A stretch of DNA of 64,000 bases from Gemmatimonadota bacterium (GTDB lineage: Bacteria; Gemmatimonadota; Gemmatimonadetes; Palauibacterales; Palauibacteraceae). The notes beneath the pieces were generated by a model. It saw nothing but the letters and a program-made list of their open reading frames with translations, was not told the origin of the DNA and ran no database searches. The stretch lies in assembly GCA_965116475.1 (NCBI GenBank), contig OZ220691.1:800001-864000 (forward strand). Reading direction: 5' to 3'. Positions 9,208-19,677 of the stretch are shown here, piece after piece. Within the stretch, counting starts at the first letter, position 1. Every line of letters starts with the position of its first letter. A program made the translations under genes and the position numbers.

Positions 9208-9321
9208 TCTTCTTCGCTCCCGTCCGCGCAGCCTTGTAACTTCACCGTGAAGTCATGATCGGCGCCGGTATCAACCGGTTCTCAACCAGGCCGGGAACGA
9301 GCGCGGGAACGAGGCGGGAGA

Positions 9322-10047
9322 GTGGCAAAGAGCGTGAGATCGACGTGCAGCGCCGCTCGAACGCGGCGGGGCCTTTTGCACGGGCTGCCGGGAACGCTGC
9401 TTCTGGGCCCGCTACTCGCGGCCCTGCCGACCCCTCTTCCGTTGGGCGCGCAGGAACTGGACGCGGGCCACCTTTATCTCCACGAAGGGGGGCGCCGCGT
9501 GGGGACGGAGCGCTTCCGGATCTGGCGGACCGGATCGACGGTGAACGCCGCGGCGAGCGTCGAGATGGTGCAGCGGGCGGCCTGGCTGGTGCGGCTCCAG
9601 ATGGACCCCGACCTGCTCCCGGTGAAATACGAGATTCGCGAAGGTGTATCGGCTCTTGTGAGCGGGGAGCGCTTCCCCGACCGGGTCCGCTTCCACTTCG
9701 CGACCGCCGAGGGCGAGCGCTGGAAGCAGTACCCGGTCCAGGATGCGGCAGCGATCCTGGAGCCGGGCGTCGCGCACCACTATCTCGTGCTCGTGCGTGC
9801 GCTCAGAGAGGCGCCGGAAGGGCGGTTGAAGGCGATCCTGCCCCTTGACGGCCGGACCGTGACCGTGCGCCTCGCCGCGCAGACGGAGGAAAGCGTTTCG
9901 CTCGGCGAAGAGTCGGTGGACGCGACCCGCTACGACGTGGACATGGAAGGCGCCCGGCACCGGGTGTGGCTCGACGCGGACGACCGGCTGCTCCGCGTCC
10001 TGGACGCCGAGGGCCGCGAGGCGCTGCGCGCCCCCGCCAGGGGCTGA
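9322..10047 (+). CDS. Hypothetical secreted beta-rich protein
   Basis: Signal-peptide-like segment ending LGAQE; first gene of plus-strand transporter cluster; start uncertain. Confidence 0.7.
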   Translation: MAKSVRSTCSAARTRRGLLHGLPGTLLLGPLLAALPTPLPLGAQELDAGHLYLHEGGRRVGTERFRIWRTGSTVNAAASVEMVQRAAWLVRLQMDPDLLPVKYEIREGVSALVSGERFPDRVRFHFATAEGERWKQYPVQDAAAILEPGVAHHYLVLVRALREAPEGRLKAILPLDGRTVTVRLAAQTEESVSLGEESVDATRYDVDMEGARHRVWLDADDRLLRVLDAEGREALRAPARG

Positions 10048-10065
10048 GACAGACTGGAGGAGAAG

Positions 10066-10791
10066 ATGGAACACCATCCGGAATCGTCCGAGGCACCCGC
10101 GGAGGAGCACGGGATCCCCTCCCTGCCCGTGCGCATCGCGCAGGTCTTCGTCTCGCCGGCGAAGCTGTTCGACGCCCTCCGCGACCAGCCCGCCTGGATG
10201 GGCGCCGTCCTGGGGCTGATCGGCCTCAGCATCGCGCTTCAGTTCCTCACACCGGTCATCGTCCCCGAAGAGGTCAGGCGGACGATGCTTGAGAGTCAAT
10301 TCGTCGCTGGAGGCACCGATCCCGCGATCGCTGAGCAGCAGATCGAATTCTGGCTCCAGTGGTCCCCGGTTGTGTTCGGGGTCGGGGCGGTCGTAATGAC
10401 GCCGGTCGCACTCAGCATCGTTTCGGGGCTCCTGCTGATCGCGTTCAACGTGCTTCTCGGCGGCGAGGGTACGTTCCGGCAACTCTTCAGCGCCAGCGCG
10501 CATGCCTTCTATGTCAACCTGGCCGGAGGAGTCGCCGTGCTGGTCCTCATGGTGCTCGGTGCCGAGAACCCCATTCTGACGCCGGGTCTCTTCCTGCCGG
10601 AGATCGAGGGATTCGTTGGCAGGTTCGTAAACGGAATGAACATCTTCGCTGTTTGGACGTGCGGGGTGCTCGGGGTCGCGGTCAGCCGCATCTATCCGGG
10701 GCGCTCCGTTGCGGCAGGCACGACGTACCTGCTCGTGCTCTATCTGCTGATGGTCGCTCTGGGCGCGGCCGCGGCAGGCCTGGGAGGTTGA
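10066..10791 (+). CDS. YIP1 family membrane protein (YknW-like)
   Basis: VFVSPAKLFDALRDQPAW N-terminal motif, about 5 hydrophobic helices, GGAGG SD. Confidence 0.8.
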   Translation: MEHHPESSEAPAEEHGIPSLPVRIAQVFVSPAKLFDALRDQPAWMGAVLGLIGLSIALQFLTPVIVPEEVRRTMLESQFVAGGTDPAIAEQQIEFWLQWSPVVFGVGAVVMTPVALSIVSGLLLIAFNVLLGGEGTFRQLFSASAHAFYVNLAGGVAVLVLMVLGAENPILTPGLFLPEIEGFVGRFVNGMNIFAVWTCGVLGVAVSRIYPGRSVAAGTTYLLVLYLLMVALGAAAAGLGG

Positions 10792-10935
10792 GTGGCGGAC
10801 CCTCGCACCTGAGCGTCGCCCAAAGGGAATGAAACCGGGCGGGCGGCACGGACGTACCCTTGGGCGCGCGAGTCGGGGTATCCCGGACGTCGCGCAGTTG
10901 CCCGCCGAGCCTCGAAATAAAGGTCCTTGTACAGG

Positions 10936-12249
10936 ATGAAGAAAGCGATCATCGCGGTCGTCGCGGTTGGACTTCTCGCGACCATGGGATTCCTCGCCAC
11001 GCAGCGGCAAGGGCGTGGCGCCGTTGAAGTTCGCGTGGAAGCCGTCGGCCTGCGGGATCTCGTCGACGACGTCTCCGCGACGGGCCACATAGAACCCAAG
11101 ACGCACGTGGACATCACCACGGACGTCGCCGGGCGGATCATCGAGCTTCCAGTGGAGGAAGGTCAGGACGTGGAGGAGGGGGACCTCCTGCTCCAGATCG
11201 ATCCGGCGCTGTTTCAGGCCGCCGTGCAGCGGGCCGAGGCGGCGCTGGCGCAGGCGAGCGCCAACCGCGCCCAGCAGGAGGCGGCGTACCGGCAGGCACA
11301 GCGGGACGCGGACCGCCTCACGGCGTTGCAGGCGCGAGGGACGGACTTCGTGACGGAGGCGGAAGTCGAGCAGGCGGTGACGAACGCCGATGTCCAGAAT
11401 CGGCTCCTGGAGGCGACCGAGCATCAGGTCGACCAGGCCGAGGCGAGTTTGGACCAGGAACGGGACCGGCTCGGGAAGACGACGATCCGGGCGCCGATGT
11501 CCGGCCGGATCACGCGGCTCAACGTCGAGCGCGGCGAGACCGCGATCGTCGGGACGATGAACAATCCGGGCAGCCTGCTGCTCACCGTCGCGGACCTCTC
11601 CGTCATGGAGGCCGTGATCGAGGTGGACGAAACGGACGTGCCGGATATCACCATCGGCGACTCCGCCTACGTCGAGATCGACGCCTTTCCGAACCGGCGT
11701 TTCGTGGGGACCGTCACCGAGATCGGCAACAGCTCGATCGTCCCGTTGAATCCCGCCGCGTCCGGCGGTTCTGCCCAGGCGATCGATTTCGAGGTGCGCA
11801 TCGAGCTTCGTGAGCCGCCCGAGGGGATCCGGCCGGACCTGTCGGCCACGGCCGACGTGATCACGGCCACCCGCGACGGCGTGCCCAGCATCCCCATCAC
11901 GGCGCTCACGCTGATGGATGCGGATGAGTACGAGGAGATCCCGAACGAGAATCTGCCGAGCGCTCCACAATCCGACGCGGTGCGCGACATCGAGGGCGTC
12001 TTCGTCATTGAGGGCGACATCGTCCGCTTCCGGCCCGTCGAGATCGGGATCGCCGGCGAGAACTACTTCGAGGTCCTGTCCGGGATCGAAGTCGGCACGA
12101 CCGTCGTCTCGGGCTCGTTCCAGGCGATCCGCGAACTCACCGACGGAAGCCGGATCCGGATCGACGCGCCGGCCGCCGGCGCCACCGCCAACGGCGAAGG
12201 CAGTAGCGGAGGAAGCGACGCCGCGGTCAACGGGGAGAACGGCCGATGA
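10936..12249 (+). CDS. Efflux membrane-fusion/periplasmic adaptor subunit (MacA/YknX-like)
   Basis: Lipoyl-like halves ([39 protein letters not shown]), coiled coil, VDETDV, IDAFP. Confidence 0.93.
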   Translation: MKKAIIAVVAVGLLATMGFLATQRQGRGAVEVRVEAVGLRDLVDDVSATGHIEPKTHVDITTDVAGRIIELPVEEGQDVEEGDLLLQIDPALFQAAVQRAEAALAQASANRAQQEAAYRQAQRDADRLTALQARGTDFVTEAEVEQAVTNADVQNRLLEATEHQVDQAEASLDQERDRLGKTTIRAPMSGRITRLNVERGETAIVGTMNNPGSLLLTVADLSVMEAVIEVDETDVPDITIGDSAYVEIDAFPNRRFVGTVTEIGNSSIVPLNPAASGGSAQAIDFEVRIELREPPEGIRPDLSATADVITATRDGVPSIPITALTLMDADEYEEIPNENLPSAPQSDAVRDIEGVFVIEGDIVRFRPVEIGIAGENYFEVLSGIEVGTTVVSGSFQAIRELTDGSRIRIDAPAAGATANGEGSSGGSDAAVNGENGR

Positions 12250-13289
12250 GCGGGAACGGGCAGATGAAGTCGATGATCGTCACGCGCGATCTGAGGAAGG
12301 AGTACGTGATGGGCACGGAGACGGTGCACGCGCTGGCGGGCGTGGACATCGAGATTCTCCGCAACGAGTACGTGTCGATCATGGGACCGTCGGGTTCGGG
12401 CAAGTCGACGCTGATGAACATGATCGGCTGCCTCGACTCACCGACGAGCGGGGAGTACGTCCTCAACGGGCAGGCGGTCCAGGACCTGAGCGACGACAAC
12501 CTGGCCCGGATTCGAAACCGGGAGATCGGTTTCGTGTTCCAGACGTTCAACCTCCTGCCGAGGGCGACGGCGCTGCACAACGTGGAGCTGCCACTGATCT
12601 ACGCGGGAGTGTCGAGCCGGGACCGGCAGCGGAAGGCGGCGCAGGCGCTCGAGATCGTTCAGCTGGCCGACCGGATGGACCACAAACCCAACGAGCTGTC
12701 CGGCGGTCAGCGCCAGCGCGTGGCCATCGCGAGGGCGCTCGTCAACGACCCCTCGATCCTCCTCGCGGACGAGCCGACAGGCAACCTCGACTCCTCGACG
12801 TCGGAGGAGATCATGGACGTCTTCGACACGCTCCACGAGAACGGGCAGACCATCATCATGGTCACGCACGAGTACGACATCGCGGCCCGCTCCCAGCGCG
12901 TGATCACGCTCGTCGACGGCAAGGTCGAGGCGCAGATGTCGGTGGATTACTACCTGGCGCGCGGCCTCCAGAAGCCCACGGCGGCTTCGGTCGCGACAGC
13001 TCCCGCGGCGAGCCCGGAGGCCGAGCCCGCTCCCGAGCCGGAGACCGCTCCCCGGCCGGAGACCGTTTCGGCGCCGGAGACCGCGCCGGAGCCGGAGACC
13101 GCGCCGGAGCCGGAGACCGCGCCGGAGCCGCCACCTACGGCTGCGCCGGTGGACCCGGTACGACCGCCGACCGCCGCCCCGGTGGAACCGGCGCCGCCTG
13201 AGGCGACCCCTCCGGCCCCGGGAACCCCACGCCCGATCTCGAATCCGTGGGCGCCCCCGCGCACGCCGCCGCTCGACGGTGGCCGCTAG
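12246..13289 (+). CDS. MacB/LolD-type ABC transporter ATP-binding protein with Pro-rich tail
   Basis: [48 protein letters not shown]. Confidence 0.97.
   Translation: MSGNGQMKSMIVTRDLRKEYVMGTETVHALAGVDIEILRNEYVSIMGPSGSGKSTLMNMIGCLDSPTSGEYVLNGQAVQDLSDDNLARIRNREIGFVFQTFNLLPRATALHNVELPLIYAGVSSRDRQRKAAQALEIVQLADRMDHKPNELSGGQRQRVAIARALVNDPSILLADEPTGNLDSSTSEEIMDVFDTLHENGQTIIMVTHEYDIAARSQRVITLVDGKVEAQMSVDYYLARGLQKPTAASVATAPAASPEAEPAPEPETAPRPETVSAPETAPEPETAPEPETAPEPPPTAAPVDPVRPPTAAPVEPAPPEATPPAPGTPRPISNPWAPPRTPPLDGGR
13022..13130 (+). repeat. 18-nt coding tandem repeat (APEPET)
   Basis: gcgccggagccggagacc and variants, about 6 copies. Confidence 0.85.
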
Positions 13290-13310
13290 CGGCCGCGCGA
13301 CGCTCCGACG

Positions 13311-14555
13311 ATGAGATTCTGGGAGGGCATCCGCCTTTCGCTGCAGCAGGTCCGCGCGCAGAAGCTGAAGTCGTTCTTCGCGCTCCTCGGCATCAGCATC
13401 GGCATCACCTTCCTCATGGCGGTGATCACGATCGTCGAGGGCATGAACAGCTATGTGCGCGACGACTTCGCGGGTTCCCTGTTCGGCGTGAACACCTTCA
13501 CCGTCGTGCGGCGGCCGCAGATCCAGACCGGCCGCATCGATGAGGCCGAACGTCGCCGACAGCGCCGCAATCCCCAGCTCACCATGGAGGATGTGCAAGT
13601 CGTGCAGGACGCGGCGCCCGACGCCCTGTACCTGGCCTACTATGCGCGGGATTTTGCGGGCGCGGTCCGCTACGGGCAGTACGAGCGGCGCAATATCCTC
13701 ATGGTCGGGGGCTCGCCGGAGTACGAAGCGGTCCAGGGGTGGAAGGTCGTGGATGGGCGGGGCCTGACGCCGATCGATGACCAGCAGGCGCTTCCCGTCG
13801 CGGTCATCGGCGCCCAGATCGCCGAACGGCTCTTCCCCACGACCTCGCCCATCGACAAGCGCATCCGGGCGGGCGGGCACGGGTTCAGGGTCGTCGGCGT
13901 GCTGGAGGCCCAGGGCGGCCTCGCCGGGAATCTGCGCGATGCGGCCGTACTCGTTCCCTTCGAGACGTTTCAGCGCACCGTGGCGCGCCGACGGCTGGAG
14001 GTCGACGGGATCACCGTCAAGATGGGGTCGCTCGACGAACTGGAGCCGGCCATGGCGGAAGTGGAGGGTGCGCTGCGGTCGAACCGGCGCCTGCGCCCCT
14101 CCGAGCCGAACAATTTCGGCATCGACACTTCGAGCGGACTGCTCGATGCGTGGGAGACGATCAACCGGGTGCTGATGACGGCGCTGCCCGGCCTGGTCGG
14201 AGTCTCGCTCGTGGTGGGCGGCATCGTGATCATGAACATCATGCTGCTCTCGGTCACGGACCGGACGCGTGAGATCGGGCTCCGCAAGTCTCTCGGAGCC
14301 CGGCGCCGTGACGTTCTGTTCCAGTTTCTGACCGAAGCCTCCACGCTCTCGATCGCGGGGGCGGCGCTAGGCATCGGGAGCGGATTCGGGCTGGCGTTCA
14401 TCGTCGAGAGACTCTGGTCGCTCCCGGCGGCGGTCTCGGTTCCCGCCATGATCGTCTCGCTCATGCTCGGGCTCGGCGTCGGGATCGCCTCCGGACTCTA
14501 CCCCGCCTATCGCGCGGCCCGGCTCGACCCCATCGAAGCCCTCAGGTTCGAGTGA
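13311..14555 (+). CDS. MacB-family ABC transporter permease
   Basis: KLKSFFALLGISIG, VGGIVIMNIMLLSVTDRTREIGLRKSLGA, YPAYRAARLDPIEALRFE. Confidence 0.95.
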   Translation: MRFWEGIRLSLQQVRAQKLKSFFALLGISIGITFLMAVITIVEGMNSYVRDDFAGSLFGVNTFTVVRRPQIQTGRIDEAERRRQRRNPQLTMEDVQVVQDAAPDALYLAYYARDFAGAVRYGQYERRNILMVGGSPEYEAVQGWKVVDGRGLTPIDDQQALPVAVIGAQIAERLFPTTSPIDKRIRAGGHGFRVVGVLEAQGGLAGNLRDAAVLVPFETFQRTVARRRLEVDGITVKMGSLDELEPAMAEVEGALRSNRRLRPSEPNNFGIDTSSGLLDAWETINRVLMTALPGLVGVSLVVGGIVIMNIMLLSVTDRTREIGLRKSLGARRRDVLFQFLTEASTLSIAGAALGIGSGFGLAFIVERLWSLPAAVSVPAMIVSLMLGLGVGIASGLYPAYRAARLDPIEALRFE

Positions 14556-14562
14556 GGTTGCG

Positions 14563-15858
14563 GTGAGCGCGGGCGGGCGGGGCACGCGAGGCATGGGGTT
14601 CATCGCGACGATCGCCGAGGGGATCGCCGTCGCCTTCGACTCGCTCGGGGCGAACAAGGTGCGGAGCGGTCTCACGATCCTCGGGGTGACGATCGGCGTG
14701 CTCGTCGTCATGGTCATGGCGGCGGTGATCACCGGGATCAACCGGAGCTTCTCGGAACTGATGGCCCCGGAGGGGATCACCACGTTCTGGGTGGCGCACT
14801 TCGACTTCTCCTCCATCCAGTTCAGCGGCCCGCTCGAGGAAGGGGAGGATGCCTTCTTCAGGAACCCACCGCTGGAGCCGGAATGGGCGAAGGATCTGGG
14901 GCGGATCGAGGGGATCCGGAGCGCGGCGCCCATCGTGGACCTGGCGGGATCGGGCTACGAAGCCTCCTCGGGCCCCGACCGGGTCGAGATCGGACTCTAC
15001 GGGGTGGGCGCCGACTACATCGAGATCTCGGGCGGCGATATCATCTCCGGCCGCTGGTTCACGCAGTCGGAAGCCGACCGGCGCGCCGCGGTCACCGTGA
15101 TCGACTCCGCCACGGCGGTGGAGTTGTTCGGGACCCGGGATCCGATCGGACGCGACATCCGCATCAGCCGAGGCAGCGAGAACGCGAGGGTGCGCGTGGT
15201 CGGCATCTACCGGGTGCCCGCCAACCTCTTCGCGGGCCTCGTCTCGCACTATGTGTGGATGCCCTTCGCGACGGCGGACAAGCTGCTGCGGGTGTGGGAC
15301 CGGCAGATCAGTTTCGTCGTGCGGCCGGAACCGGAAACGGAGCTGCAGGCCGCACTCGACGCGACCCGCGCCCGCATGCGGCAACTGCGGGGATTGCAGG
15401 TCGGCGAGGAAGACGACTTCGCCATCATGACCCCGGACCAGATGATGGAGCTCTGGGGCCAGCTGACGAACGTGCTGTTCGCCGCGATGGTCGGCCTGTC
15501 GAGCATTGGGCTCATGGTCGGCGGCGTCGGGGTGATCGGCATCATGATGATCTCCGTCACGGAGCGGACCCGGGAGATCGGGCTGCGCAAGGCGATGGGC
15601 GGACGCCGCCGCGACATCATGTGGCAGTTCCTCGTCGAAGCGGCCACGCTCACGCTGCTGGGCGGTGCGACCGGCATGCTGCTCGGAGGCGGACTCGTGT
15701 GGGTCGTGAACCAGGCCACGCCGCTGACCGCCGTCGTGCCGCTGTGGTCCATCGTGGCCGCGCTCGCCGCCTCGATTCTGACCGGCGTTGGCTTCGGACT
15801 CTACCCGGCCTCCCGGGCCGCGGGTCTGGACCCCATCGACGCGTTGCGTTACGAGTAG
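14563..15858 (+). CDS. MacB-family ABC transporter permease (paralog 1 of tandem pair)
   Basis: NKVRSGLTILGVTIGV, VTERTREIGLRKAMG, LDPIDALRYE. Confidence 0.95.
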   Translation: MSAGGRGTRGMGFIATIAEGIAVAFDSLGANKVRSGLTILGVTIGVLVVMVMAAVITGINRSFSELMAPEGITTFWVAHFDFSSIQFSGPLEEGEDAFFRNPPLEPEWAKDLGRIEGIRSAAPIVDLAGSGYEASSGPDRVEIGLYGVGADYIEISGGDIISGRWFTQSEADRRAAVTVIDSATAVELFGTRDPIGRDIRISRGSENARVRVVGIYRVPANLFAGLVSHYVWMPFATADKLLRVWDRQISFVVRPEPETELQAALDATRARMRQLRGLQVGEEDDFAIMTPDQMMELWGQLTNVLFAAMVGLSSIGLMVGGVGVIGIMMISVTERTREIGLRKAMGGRRRDIMWQFLVEAATLTLLGGATGMLLGGGLVWVVNQATPLTAVVPLWSIVAALAASILTGVGFGLYPASRAAGLDPIDALRYE

Positions 15859-15932
15859 TCGTCTCCCGCGGCAGGAAACGCGCGACCTGACTCCGGCAGG
15901 CGATCGACGCCGCGGGCGACGGGGAGGCGCGT

Positions 15933-17237
15933 ATGAACGCTCGTGCACGAGGCGGCATGGGGTTCGTTGCGACGGTCACCGAAGGGATTGCCGTCGCGTT
16001 CGACTCGATCGGAGCCAACAAGGTTCGAAGCGGCCTCACGATCCTGGGCGTGACCATCGGGGTGCTCGTCGTCATGGTGATGGCGGCCGCGATTACCGGG
16101 ATCAACAAGAGCTTCGAAGAGCTGATGTCTCCGAACGGCATCGCGACGTTCTACGTATCCCACTGGGATTTTACGTCGGCGGGCTTCGGTGGCGGACCTC
16201 TGAGCGAGGAGGAGCCGGACCTCCTGAGGAACAAGCCGCTCGATCCGCGGTGGGCCCGGGACCTCGGACGCATCCCGGGCATCCAGAGCGCGTCTCCGTT
16301 CGTCGAGATCACCGGCGATTTCGGCACGCCGGCCTTCGAGGCGAACGTCGGACCGGATCGTGTCGAGATCCTGTTCTACGGCGTGGGCGCCGACTACCTC
16401 GAGATCTACAGCGGCGACCTCATCTCGGGACGCTGGTTCACGCACCCCGAGGCCGAGCGGCGGGCGCCCGTCGCCGTGATCGATTCCACCGTGGCGGCCG
16501 ACCTGTTCGGGTCGCTCGATCCGGTCGGCCGCGAGATCCGAATCGGCGAGGGCAGCCGCGGAGCCATGTTCCGCGTGATCGGCGTCTACCGGGTGCCGGC
16601 CAACCTGCTCGCCAGCCTCGCGTCGCACTTCGTGTGGGTGCCGTTCGCGAGCGCGGACAAGCTGCTCCCCATCTGGGACCGGGCCGTCAGCATCATCGTG
16701 CGACCGGAGCCCGAAGCCGACCTTCAGACGGCGCTCGACGCGACGCACGCGCGGATGCGGCAGCTCCGTCGACTGGAGCCGGGCGAGGAGGACGACTTCG
16801 CGGTGCTGGGCCAGGAACAACTGCTGAATCTCTGGGGTCAGCTGACGAATGTCCTGTTCGCGGCGATGCTCGGGTTGTCGAGCATCGGTCTCATGGTGGG
16901 GGGCGTCGGCGTGATCGGGATCATGATGATTTCCGTCACGGAGAGAACTCGGGAGATCGGGCTGCGGAAGGCGATGGGCGGGCGCCGCCGGGACATCATG
17001 TGGCAGTTCCTGGTCGAGGCGGCCACGCTCACGCTGCTCGGCGGGGCGACGGGGATGCTGATGGGCGGCGCGATCGTGTGGGTGGTGAACCAGTTGACGC
17101 CGCTGCCGGCGGTCGTGCCGCTGTGGTCGATCCTGGCTGCCCTTGCGGCATCCGTGCTGACCGGGATCGGTTTCGGGCTCTACCCGGCCTCGCGGGCCGC
17201 GGGGCTGGATCCGATCGACGCGCTGCGCTACGAGTAG
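15933..17237 (+). CDS. MacB-family ABC transporter permease (paralog 2 of tandem pair)
   Basis: Nearly identical N- and C-terminal regions to 14563-15858. Confidence 0.95.
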   Translation: MNARARGGMGFVATVTEGIAVAFDSIGANKVRSGLTILGVTIGVLVVMVMAAAITGINKSFEELMSPNGIATFYVSHWDFTSAGFGGGPLSEEEPDLLRNKPLDPRWARDLGRIPGIQSASPFVEITGDFGTPAFEANVGPDRVEILFYGVGADYLEIYSGDLISGRWFTHPEAERRAPVAVIDSTVAADLFGSLDPVGREIRIGEGSRGAMFRVIGVYRVPANLLASLASHFVWVPFASADKLLPIWDRAVSIIVRPEPEADLQTALDATHARMRQLRRLEPGEEDDFAVLGQEQLLNLWGQLTNVLFAAMLGLSSIGLMVGGVGVIGIMMISVTERTREIGLRKAMGGRRRDIMWQFLVEAATLTLLGGATGMLMGGAIVWVVNQLTPLPAVVPLWSILAALAASVLTGIGFGLYPASRAAGLDPIDALRYE

Positions 17238-17268
17238 GCGGCCTCAAAGCGAAGCGGCTGACCACCCG

Positions 17269-17994
17269 ATGACCGAACCACCGCTGGACCTCCTTGCCAT
17301 AGCGGCGCATCCCGACGATGCCGAACTCACCTGCGGCGGGACGCTGGCCCGGGCGGCGGAGCAGGGGCACCGGACGGGGATCCTGGACCTGACGCGGGGC
17401 GAGATGGCCTCCCAGGGGACCCCCGAGCTTCGGGCCGAGGAGGCGGCCCGGGCGGCGGCGGTGCTGGGCGTCGGGGTGCGGGTCAACGCCGGGCTCCCGG
17501 ATGCGCGGCTCGAGAACTCGCTGGAGGCGCGGCGGATCGTCGTCGGACACCTGCGGGACCTCGCCCCGGCGACCGTGATTCTGCCCTGGCCGCGCGGCCG
17601 CCATCCGGATCACCGGGTCGCCTCCGAGCTCGCCCGCGATGCCTGTTTCCTCGCGGGACTGCGGGAGTACGAGGGCGGACCGGGGCGGCGGCCGGACAAG
17701 ATCCTCTACGCGATGGCCTACCGGGAGGACGCGGTGAAGCCGACGTTCGTCGTCCCGCTCACGGAGGCGCAGTTCCAGCGCAAGGTCGAGGCGGCGCAGT
17801 GCTACGCGTCACAGTTCGAGGGCGCGACGGCGGCGGGCGAGATCTTTCCCACCGGACAGCTGCTCGCCGAACGCATCGAGACCGCGTCGCGACACTACGG
17901 CTCGCTGATCCGGGCTCCGCACGGGGAACCGTTCCATACCGAAGAGACGATGTGCGTGAGCGATGTCACGCGGCTTGGAGTCCGCTCGTTGTAG
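17269..17994 (+). CDS. bshB1: Bacillithiol biosynthesis deacetylase (PIG-L family)
   Basis: AHPDDAELTCGGTL, GILDLTRGEMASQGT, RHPDH, YASQF. Confidence 0.85.
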   Translation: MTEPPLDLLAIAAHPDDAELTCGGTLARAAEQGHRTGILDLTRGEMASQGTPELRAEEAARAAAVLGVGVRVNAGLPDARLENSLEARRIVVGHLRDLAPATVILPWPRGRHPDHRVASELARDACFLAGLREYEGGPGRRPDKILYAMAYREDAVKPTFVVPLTEAQFQRKVEAAQCYASQFEGATAAGEIFPTGQLLAERIETASRHYGSLIRAPHGEPFHTEETMCVSDVTRLGVRSL

Positions 17995-18010
17995 AAGGGC
18001 GCTGGAGCCG

Positions 18011-18445
18011 TCAGCCGCAGCGAACCTCGACGAGGAGGCGCTTCCAGCTCGGGACCGACTCGGCGCCCACCTTGATCACCTGTACGCGTGCCGCGCCGCC
18101 GCGCCGCATCCACGGGGCGAGCCAGGCGCCGATCTCCCGCGGGAGGTGGCCGACCGGATCGCCGTCTCGGATGTGGACCCAGACATCGTCGGGTTCGCCT
18201 CCGGGCGGGTCGGGGATGAGGAGGAGTTCCTCCTTCGGGTTTACGGCGTCGAGGTGGCGGGCGCGGTCTTCGAAAGCGAGTCCGTGAACGGTGGTGCGGA
18301 ACACCGGGGCCCCGTGTGGCGGTATGCTCTTCTGGTCGGACGCGGGCCCGGCGGGGCCTGGCGCCGGGGGGGTCGGCCCCGGCGCGGAACGAGGTGGTTC
18401 CATGTACTCCATCCCGAGTTGCGGCGTCGTTTGAAGCTTCGACAC
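18011..18445 (-). CDS. Stand-alone HIRAN-domain protein
   Basis: FRTTVHGLAFEDR...LLLIPDP...VWVH...PVGHLPREIGAWLAP resembles HIRAN consensus; start uncertain. Confidence 0.65.
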   Translation of the reverse strand: MSKLQTTPQLGMEYMEPPRSAPGPTPPAPGPAGPASDQKSIPPHGAPVFRTTVHGLAFEDRARHLDAVNPKEELLLIPDPPGGEPDDVWVHIRDGDPVGHLPREIGAWLAPWMRRGGAARVQVIKVGAESVPSWKRLLVEVRCG

Positions 18446-18492
18446 AATAGACGCTCCTTGCTCGGCGGGCGAATCCGGACCGAAGAACGGCG

Positions 18493-19665
18493 ATGATACA
18501 ACCGGAAGAAGAGCGACTTTACCTCGACTACGCGGCGACCTGGCCCATGCGGCCGGAGGTGTGGGACGCCATGGGAGCGGAGCTGCGGCACGGCTTCAAT
18601 CCCGCGAGCGCGCACGCCCCCGGCCGGCGCGCCCATCGCTGCCTCGAGGTCGCGCGCGGGCGGATTGCGGATCTGCTCGGGTGCCCGCGGTCATCCATCT
18701 ACTTCACGGGCGGCGGCACGCAGTCGGACAACCTCGCGATCCTCGGCTTCGTCCGATCGAATCCGGGGCGGAGCCCGCGCGTGTTCGTGTCGGAGATCGA
18801 GCACAAGGCGTGCCTCGAGGCGGCGGACCGCGGGGCGGTGGAGGGGGCCCGCGTGGGGCGGATTCCGGTGGACCGCTCGGGGACGATCGATCTCGGGTGG
18901 CTGCGGCGGGAACTCGCGGCGGACCCGGACGCGCCGACGCTGATCTCGGTGATGTGGGCGAACAACGAGATCGGCACGGTCCAGGCGATGGACGACATCG
19001 TGGAGCTGGGCCACGAGTACGGGGCGCTCGTGCACACGGACGCCGTGCAGGCGCTGGGGAAGGTGGACTGCGACCTGGAGCGGACGCCGGTCGACCTCCT
19101 GTCGGCGACCGCGCACAAGCTGGGCGGGCCGGTGGGGATCGGCGTCCTCTACCGGCGGCCGGGGGTGGCCCTGGAGCCGCTGAGCTACGGCGGCGGCCAG
19201 GAGCGGTCCATGTGGCCGGGCACGCAGAATCCGATCGGCGCGACGGGCTTCGCCGCCGCGCTCGCGCTCGCGCTCGAGGACCGCGAGGCGGAGGTCGCGC
19301 GTTGGACGGGCCTGCGCGATCACCTCGAGGCGCGGATCCGTGCGGAGATTCCGGATGCCCGGATTCATGCGGGCGACGCGCCGCTGCGGATGCCGAATCT
19401 CGTCAGCGTCGGGATTCCGGGCTGCGACAGCGGAGCGGTGCTCGTGTCCCTCGACTTCGAGGGGATCGCGGTCTCGGGCGGATCGGCCTGCGGCTCCGAT
19501 TCGAGCGTCGGCTCCGACGTGCTGGACGCGATCGGGATCACGAGCGATGTGCCGTACGCCGCGGTGCGCTTCAGTTTCGGCCACGACACGTCCCGGGCGG
19601 ACATCGACGCGGCGGCGGACGCGCTCGCGCGGGTGGCCGCGCGGGTCGTCGCCATCACGGCCTGA
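18493..19665 (+). CDS. Cysteine desulfurase (IscS/NifS family)
   Basis: YLDYAAT, NPASAH, MWANNEIG, HTDAVQA, TAHKLGGP, SGGSAC; adjacent to mnmA. Confidence 0.95.
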   Translation: MIQPEEERLYLDYAATWPMRPEVWDAMGAELRHGFNPASAHAPGRRAHRCLEVARGRIADLLGCPRSSIYFTGGGTQSDNLAILGFVRSNPGRSPRVFVSEIEHKACLEAADRGAVEGARVGRIPVDRSGTIDLGWLRRELAADPDAPTLISVMWANNEIGTVQAMDDIVELGHEYGALVHTDAVQALGKVDCDLERTPVDLLSATAHKLGGPVGIGVLYRRPGVALEPLSYGGGQERSMWPGTQNPIGATGFAAALALALEDREAEVARWTGLRDHLEARIRAEIPDARIHAGDAPLRMPNLVSVGIPGCDSGAVLVSLDFEGIAVSGGSACGSDSSVGSDVLDAIGITSDVPYAAVRFSFGHDTSRADIDAAADALARVAARVVAITA

Positions 19666-19677
19666 GACCGCCCGCCC

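Noticed and set aside
13022..13130. CRISPR-like periodicity in short repeats (also 490-625, 34482-34527)
   Set aside because: Contiguous in-frame coding repeats without unique spacers; no cas genes
14563..17237. Diversity-generating retroelement or shufflon behind the duplicated permeases
   Set aside because: Differences are not adenine-specific, both copies are intact genes, and no reverse transcriptase or recombinase is present
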